A stretch of 64,000 bases of DNA from an uncultured Bacteroidales bacterium (GTDB lineage Bacteria > Bacteroidota > Bacteroidia > Bacteroidales > Muribaculaceae): contig CADADP010000007.1 in NCBI GenBank assembly GCA_902786725.1, positions 1,303-65,302 on the forward strand, given 5' to 3'. The notes beneath the pieces were generated by a model, which worked only from the letters and a program-made list of their open reading frames with translations, had not been told where the DNA came from and searched no databases. This document shows positions 55,885-64,000 of this stretch, piece by piece; position 1 is the first letter of the stretch, and the number at the start of each line of letters is the position of its first letter. The position numbers and the translations under genes were made by a program.

Positions 55885-57929
55885 CTCACTATCACCTTTT
55901 CACGGTTAATAATATAGATACCGGGAGCCAGACCTTCCCTAGCCGACTTAGCGTCTGCGGCCTTCTTCACAAACCGTCCGTCAATCGAATAGACCATCGC
56001 CGGACCGCTCTGCTGCTTAGTGTTATCCACTCGCAGGTCTTCCACGCCATCACCTTGCTTATAGTCGGCTGTAATGTCCTTAACAAAGAACTTGCCGGCC
56101 GCGTCCTTACCGGCTATCTCATAATACACATCCTCGGAGATTGGGCCTATATCGGTAGTCTGAGGCTTGCCGCTACCCTGATTGAAGATTATGTTGAACG
56201 TGTAGTTGCTGGCTTTGATGTCAAACGTCTGATAGAAGAACTTCTGTCCTTTGATGGTTTTGCTCTCAATTCCGGTCTTGCCGGGCCATACGCCGTTCAG
56301 GTTAGTTCCGTTCACGTCCCATGCGTAGAAGTACATAGCATCCCACGACGGGTCTTTCACATACACTGTGGCCGTATGGGGCTCAAACGCCTTGATGGTA
56401 TATTCGCGGGTGATTATGCCTTTCACCGCGCCGCCTGCAAGCACACCCACCTTCAGCGTGCAAGAGTTACTAATGTTGATGCTGCCGCCACTGGCCACTT
56501 TCGAGCTCGATGCCGTCGGGTTGCTGCCATTAGTGGTATAGACCAGAGTCGCGCCATTGGTCGCGCTCACTGCTGTCAGTGTCACGTTGAACGCCTTCTC
56601 GTAGGTCCCGTCGGGCACACTTGCCCATGCGGTCTCGGCTTTGCGCTCCAGATAATATGTATAGTTGGTTCCGCTCAGTATCTTCGTGTACTGGCTGCTC
56701 TCGGGCACGTATCCTGTCGATGAGCCCAGCACTGCTATCAGCGAAGCGTTGCTTCCAACAGTGCGCTGAGCATAATAACTGCTGTTGCTGCGCAGGTTGC
56801 TCGACGAACTGGTGTTAGTTATGCCGGCGATGTTACGCGCCAGTATCATTTGCTTTATCTCCTGCTTGTACTCCTTCCAGTGCTTATAGAACACACACGG
56901 TGTGCCGGGCATCGCTATGATGAACGCGTTGGCCGCTGCTATGTTCTGCTTGATAGGATCTTGCTCGGCACCCGGGCCGCGGTTCTCTGTGTCGTGGTTC
57001 TCCACGAATGTCACCGCGTAGCGGGCGTATGCGCCGCTATTGGTGTTGCACAGCCCGCCCTTGCCCAGATTCTGCCACTGATTAGTAGCGTTCACCGCGT
57101 CGCGGACACTGTAGCGGATGGCGAAGTCAAACGTAGCGCTCTGTATCGTTCCGTTATAGCGCTTTGTCTCCTCAAGCCATGTCTTCAGCACGTTCACATT
57201 TCCGTCCCAGTACTCGCCCACTGAGTAGGTGGGGTTAACTGTTGCGTTATACATTCCGGTGTAGTAGGCAGCATAGCCCTTGGTCATATCGTAGCGGAAG
57301 CCCGAGTAACCCAGGTCGCTAAGCAAGAACTTCAGGTAAGCCTTCACGTTGTTCTGCACGTTGGCGCTCGTGTGGTCCAGGTCACGCATTCCGTCCCAAT
57401 CCTCACCTTCGTCGTTGGTGCTGCTTATCTTTATCCCTTTACTCGTGGCCCAAGTCTTGGTCTTGCCGCGATCATCATTTGCGCAGATGTCGGTCGGAAG
57501 CAACTGATACTTCACGCCCTTGTAGGTTTCGGCCGGGAAATCAACCCATGAACCATCGTTGCCGATGTTGTTCCTGTGGTTAATCACCACGTCCTCTATC
57601 ACGCCCACGCCCTTGGCCTTAAACGCCTTAATCATCGAGCGCAACTGGGCCTCGGTACCGAAACTGCTGTTGTGTGTGTACCAATACACAGGGCCGTAAC
57701 CCATCACATTGTTAGTCTCATGGCAGTCACCGCTCTGAGGAACCCATACAAGAGCAAAGAACTTGCTCAGTTCGTCACTTTGCTTCTCCAGATTGCTCCA
57801 CTGGCTATCCACATACGAATTCCAGTAGAATCCCTGAAGCATCACACCTTTGAAATTTGCCGGCCAGCCCTGTGAATACGCATTCAGCGTCAGGACCACG
57901 CCTAAAAGAATTAATGCTAATCGTTTCAT
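55881..57929 (-). CDS. Secreted GH13 alpha-amylase with Ig-like, starch-binding (CBM26-like) and T9SS-type modules
   Basis: VMLQGFYW, DVVINH, GFRYD, VGEYWD, FVENHD; YTTNGSNPT; YFYAW...WPG; tail YSIDGR...PGIYIIN. Confidence 0.9.
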   Translation of the reverse strand: MKRLALILLGVVLTLNAYSQGWPANFKGVMLQGFYWNSYVDSQWSNLEKQSDELSKFFALVWVPQSGDCHETNNVMGYGPVYWYTHNSSFGTEAQLRSMIKAFKAKGVGVIEDVVINHRNNIGNDGSWVDFPAETYKGVKYQLLPTDICANDDRGKTKTWATSKGIKISSTNDEGEDWDGMRDLDHTSANVQNNVKAYLKFLLSDLGYSGFRYDMTKGYAAYYTGMYNATVNPTYSVGEYWDGNVNVLKTWLEETKRYNGTIQSATFDFAIRYSVRDAVNATNQWQNLGKGGLCNTNSGAYARYAVTFVENHDTENRGPGAEQDPIKQNIAAANAFIIAMPGTPCVFYKHWKEYKQEIKQMILARNIAGITNTSSSSNLRSNSSYYAQRTVGSNASLIAVLGSSTGYVPESSQYTKILSGTNYTYYLERKAETAWASVPDGTYEKAFNVTLTAVSATNGATLVYTTNGSNPTASSSKVASGGSINISNSCTLKVGVLAGGAVKGIITREYTIKAFEPHTATVYVKDPSWDAMYFYAWDVNGTNLNGVWPGKTGIESKTIKGQKFFYQTFDIKASNYTFNIIFNQGSGKPQTTDIGPISEDVYYEIAGKDAAGKFFVKDITADYKQGDGVEDLRVDNTKQQSGPAMVYSIDGRFVKKAADAKSAREGLAPGIYIINREKVIVR

Positions 57930-58083
57930 TGATATTTAAGTTTTATCGTCATTTCCTCATTATGCGGCACGCTTTCAGGCTATTCCGACCCTCGCTGCGC
58001 GCTCATCGGCTATGATATGCAAATTTAAAAACTTTATTTCCTCAATAGCAACTTACTTGCAAAAATACATTTCTTTTATTAGC

Positions 58084-58096
58084 GCAATCGTTTGCA
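58084..58096 (-). promoter_or_regulatory. LacI-type operator copy 2
   Basis: GCAATCGTTTGCA; 64-bp offset from the -7 box TAAATTTG (58020-58027, minus). Confidence 0.8.
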
Positions 58097-58113
58097 GAGC
58101 GACAACATCTCTA

Positions 58114-59493
58114 CTATGGATGAACATCTTCGTGGAACATATGCTGCTTCGGGTCGTACAGGTCATCTACTTTCTTCTCTGTCACTTTGCCGTTCGCGTC
58201 GTGTATCTTTATCCGCAACGAGCTATCACAGAACCCGAACGTCCACTGATTAAAGTTCTGATTATCTGAAGCCAGAGCCTCACACACATTCACCTCTCGC
58301 AAACCTGAGCAGAAGTCAAACGCGTTCTGGCCCAAGCGCACCACCGAGCCGGGTATCGTCACCGACACTATGCTGCCGCAACTATAGAACGTCTTATCGC
58401 CTATCTCTTCCAAACCTTCGTTCAGCTCCACAGTCTTCAGGTTATGGCAATTGTGAAATGCCGCACTGCCTATCCACTTCAGGCTTCGGGGCAATTTCAC
58501 GCTCGTCAGACTATTATTACCGTAAAACGCGCTCCCGTTTATCGACTCCACTCCTTCGGGCACCACATAGTCGCCCAGATTGAGCGACGGCAACGCGAAC
58601 AGTAGCTTTGTTCCATCGCCGTTCAGAAACACGCCTCTATCCAACCTGAAGTTTCGGCCTCCGGCCTCCATCGTCAGTTCTGTCAGGTTCGAGCAGTACT
58701 GGAACGGATTTCCCTGTATCTCCTCCAGAGTGCTTGGAAAGTGCAACCGGGTCAACCCTTTGCACGCGCAGAACGCGTTATCGCCTATGGTCGCCAGGCC
58801 CTCAGGCAATTTTATATCTTTTAAGCCGGCACACGATGAAAACGCGTTGTGCGATATTCGTTTCAGCGTACTCGGCAACTTCACGTCCACCAGCGAGTCA
58901 CAGCACGAAAACGCGTAACTGCCTATCTCTTCCACGCCTTCAGGTATCTCTATTCGCCTCAGCTTCGCGCATCGCGTAAACATGCTCCCGTCTATTCGCT
59001 TCAGCGTGCTCGGCAACTTCACTGCTGTTATCCCAGTCTCTTCCAGCGCGCGCTCGCCAATCGACGTCACGCCCTCGGCAAACTGCACCTCTGTCAGGTT
59101 CTCACATCCGCTGAATATCGCGGCGTCTATTTTGGCTCTCGAACACTTCACCACCGCCTTCGTCAGCGACTTGCTGCTTGTAAACGCAAACATCCCTATA
59201 GTTTCCACACTCTCGGGTATCACCAGCTCGGTCATCTTATCGCAGCCGAAAAAGCCCCAATGGGATATCGAGGTCACACGATATGTAACATCACCGTGTG
59301 TCACAGTTGACGGTAACACAAACTTTCCTTTAGGTGTATTCTTGTCGCTTATTTTTGAAGCGCCCACAGTCCCTTCTCCGGTAACCGTATATCTCACACC
59401 GTCCTTAACAAACGAGTCATCACTCTTTGCCTGGGCACACGCGCATAGCGATGCACACATCATAATCACTGCCATAGCTCTTCTAATTTTCAT
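58114..59493 (-). CDS. BspA-like leucine-rich repeat (LRR_5) surface protein
   Basis: Repeats of LPSTLKRI..AF..C..L; signal peptide; own -7 box TATATTTG at 59631-59638. Confidence 0.9.
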   Translation of the reverse strand: MKIRRAMAVIMMCASLCACAQAKSDDSFVKDGVRYTVTGEGTVGASKISDKNTPKGKFVLPSTVTHGDVTYRVTSISHWGFFGCDKMTELVIPESVETIGMFAFTSSKSLTKAVVKCSRAKIDAAIFSGCENLTEVQFAEGVTSIGERALEETGITAVKLPSTLKRIDGSMFTRCAKLRRIEIPEGVEEIGSYAFSCCDSLVDVKLPSTLKRISHNAFSSCAGLKDIKLPEGLATIGDNAFCACKGLTRLHFPSTLEEIQGNPFQYCSNLTELTMEAGGRNFRLDRGVFLNGDGTKLLFALPSLNLGDYVVPEGVESINGSAFYGNNSLTSVKLPRSLKWIGSAAFHNCHNLKTVELNEGLEEIGDKTFYSCGSIVSVTIPGSVVRLGQNAFDFCSGLREVNVCEALASDNQNFNQWTFGFCDSSLRIKIHDANGKVTEKKVDDLYDPKQHMFHEDVHP

Positions 59494-59737
59494 CTGTTCT
59501 CTAAATTTTTAGTTTCTAAAACTTCTATTCTTTCTCTCTTCACGAAAAAGCAAGCACCTCACTTTTCTTTCCTTAAGCAATACGCACTCACTAAGTCGCT
59601 CACGTAAACGCTCTTCACGTTTCCTATTCGCAAATATACATATTCCAATCCATTTATCCAAAATCTTATCGAAACATCACGTCACAGCCCTCTCATATCC
59701 GAGCATTTACCTCACCCACCCACATTAATCTCATTAA

Positions 59738-59773
59738 GACCTATTCGCCCCATAAGACCTATAAGGCCCATAT
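59738..59773 (+). repeat. Degenerate 9-bp tandem repeat, 4 units
   Basis: GACCTATTC GCCCCATAA GACCTATAA GGCCCATAT. Confidence 0.6.
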
Positions 59774-59851
59774 AACAATCAAGGCGACAACCCCTCACGG
59801 AAGCATCGCCCTGATCCTGTATTAGATGTTAAATAGTAAAGTCTCTTTTTC
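59770..59851 (-). ncRNA. Candidate ~80-nt small RNA under operator control
   Basis: -7 box TAATTTTG (59856-59863), AU-rich 5' part, hairpin 59778-59815 with a C(GTGA)G loop, no ORF. Confidence 0.55.
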
Positions 59852-59919
59852 AATGCAAAATTAATACCTTCAATCCATCGCCTTACAAATTTTTTTTACT
59901 TTTCTACTTAGATGGATGT

Positions 59920-59932
59920 GCAATCGTTTGCA
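59920..59932 (-). promoter_or_regulatory. LacI-type operator copy 3
   Basis: GCAATCGTTTGCA; 64-bp offset from the -7 box at 59856-59863. Confidence 0.8.
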
Positions 59933-59936
59933 TCGG

Positions 59937-62900
59937 TCACTTTCTCACTTCTTTTCTCACGCTCTGAGTGCCGTCGTCATAGGTCGTCACCACTATGTTC
60001 ACGCCGCCGAACGGCTCCGCGCTTCGCACACCCAGAATGTTGTAGTATTCCTGCTTCACCGCGTTCTTGCCGGCAATCGTTTCCTCCGTCAAGCCCGTGA
60101 TTATCGGATCCACTTCCTCGGCACTTATCGGATGCAAAGCGAAACGTGTGCTCACAGGACCGTCCTTAGCAGCCACCTTACGACGCGCGCCGGCACTTCC
60201 GCCTATCGCCTCCACTATGCCGCTAAGTTCATACATCTTGCCGTTCACGAAACTCGTTTCGCCGTCATACATATCCAGGTCAGCGCTCACGGCGCCACCC
60301 ACATTCACTGTATTGCTACCCTGGCCCTGCGCCGGCACATAGAATGCGCCATCTTGATACACGGCCCACTTTACCTTCGCGTACTCGTTGGCGCGTGGAG
60401 TCATGAAAAAATATTCATCCTGATCCACAAAGTTTGCCACGCAGTATTCGTTGGGCTCATAAGCATCCACCGCGGTTCCGGCCACCGGCGTCACTGTAGT
60501 GGCTATCCGCGAACTTGCGGCGGTATAGGTTCCGGTCACCGTACCGGCCTGTATCTTGTGGTTGATATATGCCTGTTGCTTAGCCGCGCTCTGAGCGCTC
60601 TTAAACTTGATCACCACCCAGTTGCTCTGGTCAAAGTCGGCCGGATTGTCATATGCCGATTGGCCCTCGGCCGGAGCGAAAATCTCGTTGGCCTCGCCAT
60701 TGCTGTCTTTCGCGTAGAGGTACTGGCCCGTCGGGTCAAAGCACACGCCGGTCAATTCATTCTTCACCGTATATGTCTTGCCATTCACTCCGCCGCTAAG
60801 CACATTCTTCAAGGACAGCATATTCTGATCCACAGCGCTCACCAGACCACCGCTCGTGTAATATCCACCGTTCACAAATGTGAAATCGCTCGTCTGCGAG
60901 CTGCTGGCCTTGTCGCTGAACAGCAGTCCCGTTGGCATGTCACTGCCATCTGTCTCGCCCAGATCCCAGAGGAAAATGGTCTTCCCGCTCGACGACACGC
61001 CCACCGGCTCCACAAGCTGCGTCCCCGGCCACTCACCGCCAGTGAAGTTGCCCGAGTTACCCCAAGCCCAAATATACGGATTGGTGTAGTTGCCGTCGTT
61101 CTCAAAGTAGCAGAACACATGACCGTCGAGCCAACCGGCATCCGACGGAACGCCCGACACCGTCTGCTCCTCACCGCCCTTGTTGCGATCCACGTAGGCC
61201 GAGCCGGTCTCCTCATACGCCTTTTTATAGTTACCGCCAAAGTCGCTCGGATAATAATAGTACTTGTCTTTGGTTATCCCTGTCATATCGCCCGTCTGAG
61301 TGCCGTTGCCGTTGTTCAGAATGATGTTTATCGTCTTGTCGGCCACGGGGAATGTGTAGTAGTACCACGTGCCGCCGTTTATCTCCTCGGTCGGCATCGT
61401 GCTTAATTTCTTGCCCGGCCATGCGCCCGTTCGCTGCGTGTTACTGCTGTTCCACGAATACAGGCAGCAGTTGCCGTTGCTTCCGTCCTTATACACATAC
61501 ACAGTGATGCCCTTGCTGGTCGTCGTCTCGGTGCAGCCTTTCACCACATACACGCGGCTCACCACTCCGGTCACCACGCCATTCACCAGCACTCCCGCGT
61601 TTATCTGCTGCTCGGCGGTGCTCTTGTTTAGCGTCAGTGCCTTGCTGCCGGTTACCTGCGTGCCGTTGGTTGCGCTCGGAGTTGTGCCGTTGGTGGTATA
61701 TACGATCTTGGCGTCTGTGGCGCTCGCGTTCAGGTTCACCGTCAGTGTGTTCACCTCATATTCGCCACTGGCTTTGTCTATCGACACCGTTGGCTTGTTC
61801 TCCGCAGTCACATACGTCGTTGTCAAGTCCTCATACTTGTTGCCGCCCAGCGAGTAGAACACATCGTGGCTCACTCCGGTTATATCCTGGGTCTGACTGT
61901 CGCCGTCACCCTCGTTCAGTATCAGGCTCACGCTGTAGTCGTCGCTCTTCTTTGTGAAGTCTATATAACTCCAGTCAAGGCCGCCAACGCCCACCGAGTT
62001 GTTGAGCTTCGTACCGGGCCACGACGCGCTTATCACGCCTTCGCTGTCCCATGCATACACGTGGATATTGCTGCCTCGAACGTGCACCCGTATTTTGCCC
62101 TTATCCGTTGCGCTCACCACATACTTATATATCTTCACCTTCTCCACCTTGCCGTTGTTCAGCACTCCCACTTTCAGCGTAGCGTCTTCCGTAAAGGTCA
62201 GCGCCTTGTATGTGCTTATCTGCTCGCTGCCGGCCGTTGGCATACTGCCATCGGTGGTGTAAACCAGTTTCGTGCCCATCAGCGTCGGACGCACGTTCAC
62301 CGTCACACTGCCGGTGTAGTTCCCGCTGCCGTTATCCACCTCGGGCTCGCCGAGTAGCGATGTCTCCTTCGGCTGCAGCACGTATGGGTCAAGCTCCGAC
62401 TCAACACAGAAGCGGAACGCGCCGTCGCGGTGCCACACGTCTTTATATCCACTCGGGCAACCGGTGCTTGTGTCAGGGCCCAACTGGATGCACACGTGGC
62501 CCTTGCTACCCTCTATCCAGAAGGTGATGCCGCCATTTTTCTGCTCCACATTGGTGATGTTGCTCTGGTTGGTCACTCCCGCCGCACGACGCCCGCGAAT
62601 ACACGCTTGTATCACCTGCTTCAGAGTGCTGTTTTCGTAATCATCCTTCAAGATACACGGCGTGCCGGGCATTCCCAGTATAAACGCGTATGCCGCGTCG
62701 GCGTTGCTCGTCAGGCGGTCGTTGCGATATGTGTCGTGGTTGTCGATAAATGTCACCGAGTAGCGGCGAAGGTCGGCATTCGCCACCAGGCCCGTATTGT
62801 TCAGGCCGGCCCAGTTCCCGTTGCGGCACGCGTCTTTTATCGCATACATCAGCGGAAAGTCAAACGCCGCACTCTCGTAGTATGAACCGCGGATATAACT

Positions 62901-63674
62901 GCTCACTCGGTCGTAACCGTCCCAGCACTCGCCCACCGAGAACATCGGCGCGCTGCTTTTCACGTACTCCGCCACATACTTCGGGTCAAAGCCCTTCACC
63001 ATGTCCCAGCGGAATCCCACATAACCAAGCTCGTTCACCAGGTAATCCAGATATGTCTTTATGTTTTCGCGCACCCTGCTGTCTTGGTGGTCCAGATCGC
63101 GGGCACCGTCAAAGTCGTCGCCGGTATCGCCATGAGCCGAGCTCGATGCCGAGTAACCGCTCTGCCCGAACACCTCATCGCTCGTGCAGATTCCCCACAT
63201 ATTGGTCTTCGGTGTAGCCCACGTTATCGCGTAGCGCTGACCGGTCGTCGGACCGGTGGCTGTCTCATTGGGGAAATCGGCCCAGTCATACACGCCGTTC
63301 TTGTGGTTCACCACCACATCCTCTATGATGCCGGTACCGTGCTCACGATACGCCTTTATCATATTGATAAGCTGCGTCTGGGTGCCGAAACATGAATTAT
63401 GGCGCAACATATACACCGGCGAATAGCCCATCGAACGGGCACCATCGCCGTAATTCCACTCGTTAGGCTTAATCTGACCGCTCTGCGGCACCCATATCAA
63501 GTCAAACCATGTGGAATATTCTTCCACCTTACCCTGAAGGGCGGTCCACGTCGTTGTTGTGTAATCATTCCAAGTGAAGCCTTGCATCATCACTCCACTG
63601 TAATCCGCCGGCCACCCCTGAGCTCCGGCAAATAATGGCATAATCGCCACCAACCATAACATTAGTTTTTTCAT
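59937..63674 (-). CDS. Large secreted multidomain GH13 alpha-amylase (two Ig-like, three CBM26-like modules, unknown domain, T9SS-type tail)
   Basis: VMMQGFTW, DVVVNH, GFRWD, VGECWD, FIDNHD; three Y/WxW...WPG modules; tail YYNILG...PFGGVNIVVTTY.DG. Confidence 0.9.
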   Translation of the reverse strand: MKKLMLWLVAIMPLFAGAQGWPADYSGVMMQGFTWNDYTTTTWTALQGKVEEYSTWFDLIWVPQSGQIKPNEWNYGDGARSMGYSPVYMLRHNSCFGTQTQLINMIKAYREHGTGIIEDVVVNHKNGVYDWADFPNETATGPTTGQRYAITWATPKTNMWGICTSDEVFGQSGYSASSSAHGDTGDDFDGARDLDHQDSRVRENIKTYLDYLVNELGYVGFRWDMVKGFDPKYVAEYVKSSAPMFSVGECWDGYDRVSSYIRGSYYESAAFDFPLMYAIKDACRNGNWAGLNNTGLVANADLRRYSVTFIDNHDTYRNDRLTSNADAAYAFILGMPGTPCILKDDYENSTLKQVIQACIRGRRAAGVTNQSNITNVEQKNGGITFWIEGSKGHVCIQLGPDTSTGCPSGYKDVWHRDGAFRFCVESELDPYVLQPKETSLLGEPEVDNGSGNYTGSVTVNVRPTLMGTKLVYTTDGSMPTAGSEQISTYKALTFTEDATLKVGVLNNGKVEKVKIYKYVVSATDKGKIRVHVRGSNIHVYAWDSEGVISASWPGTKLNNSVGVGGLDWSYIDFTKKSDDYSVSLILNEGDGDSQTQDITGVSHDVFYSLGGNKYEDLTTTYVTAENKPTVSIDKASGEYEVNTLTVNLNASATDAKIVYTTNGTTPSATNGTQVTGSKALTLNKSTAEQQINAGVLVNGVVTGVVSRVYVVKGCTETTTSKGITVYVYKDGSNGNCCLYSWNSSNTQRTGAWPGKKLSTMPTEEINGGTWYYYTFPVADKTINIILNNGNGTQTGDMTGITKDKYYYYPSDFGGNYKKAYEETGSAYVDRNKGGEEQTVSGVPSDAGWLDGHVFCYFENDGNYTNPYIWAWGNSGNFTGGEWPGTQLVEPVGVSSSGKTIFLWDLGETDGSDMPTGLLFSDKASSSQTSDFTFVNGGYYTSGGLVSAVDQNMLSLKNVLSGGVNGKTYTVKNELTGVCFDPTGQYLYAKDSNGEANEIFAPAEGQSAYDNPADFDQSNWVVIKFKSAQSAAKQQAYINHKIQAGTVTGTYTAASSRIATTVTPVAGTAVDAYEPNEYCVANFVDQDEYFFMTPRANEYAKVKWAVYQDGAFYVPAQGQGSNTVNVGGAVSADLDMYDGETSFVNGKMYELSGIVEAIGGSAGARRKVAAKDGPVSTRFALHPISAEEVDPIITGLTEETIAGKNAVKQEYYNILGVRSAEPFGGVNIVVTTYDDGTQSVRKEVRK

Positions 63675-64000
63675 AATCTCAGTATCTTGTTATCGTATTA
63701 ATTTTCAAGTCATTCTAAGTCTCATCATGCTCTCACGCCCACTTTGCTTCACTTGTACTTTTAGCCTTTAATAGCTCTCTGTCATTCTCACGTGTCAAGT
63801 ACGCCGGATATTCCGCAACCTTGGCCTTTCTCATCGGTCTTGGTTTCCGGCTTGCTCCCGTTTACCCGGACACATCCCTCTTTACAGCACTTGAACCAGG
63901 CCACCCACAAATCTACCAAAGCACTAATTTCCAGCATTTTAAGCAAGACGCTTGCAAGGCAACTTATCATTGCAAATTTAATATCCATTCACTCCAAACC

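Overview
Chromosomal window from a Bacteroidales bacterium, probably Muribaculaceae-like (TAnnTTTG promoters, PorQ, T9SS C-terminal tails). It holds housekeeping genes (tdk, argS, pnp, gdhA, miaB, feoB, ychF) and two starch/alpha-glucan clusters without susC/susD: MFS-malQ-GH97-pulA-GH13, and secreted multi-CBM amylases plus a GH53. There are two accessory inserts: an AAA/DUF4143-type ATPase gene bracketed by a ~173-bp direct repeat, and a ~5.0-kb integrase/xis/Rep element in tRNA-Leu(TAA). The strongest non-obvious signals are: (1) an identical LacI-type operator GCAATCGTTTGCA sitting at the same 64-bp offset from the -7 box of three promoters, one of which drives an unannotated ~80-nt RNA; (2) a rep gene flanked by two origin-like repeats whose hairpin loop is flipped between copies; (3) a ~295-nt structured ncRNA candidate divergent from feoB; (4) three sigma54-type promoters in front of membrane-protein genes. 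All calls come from manual reading; no database searches were run.
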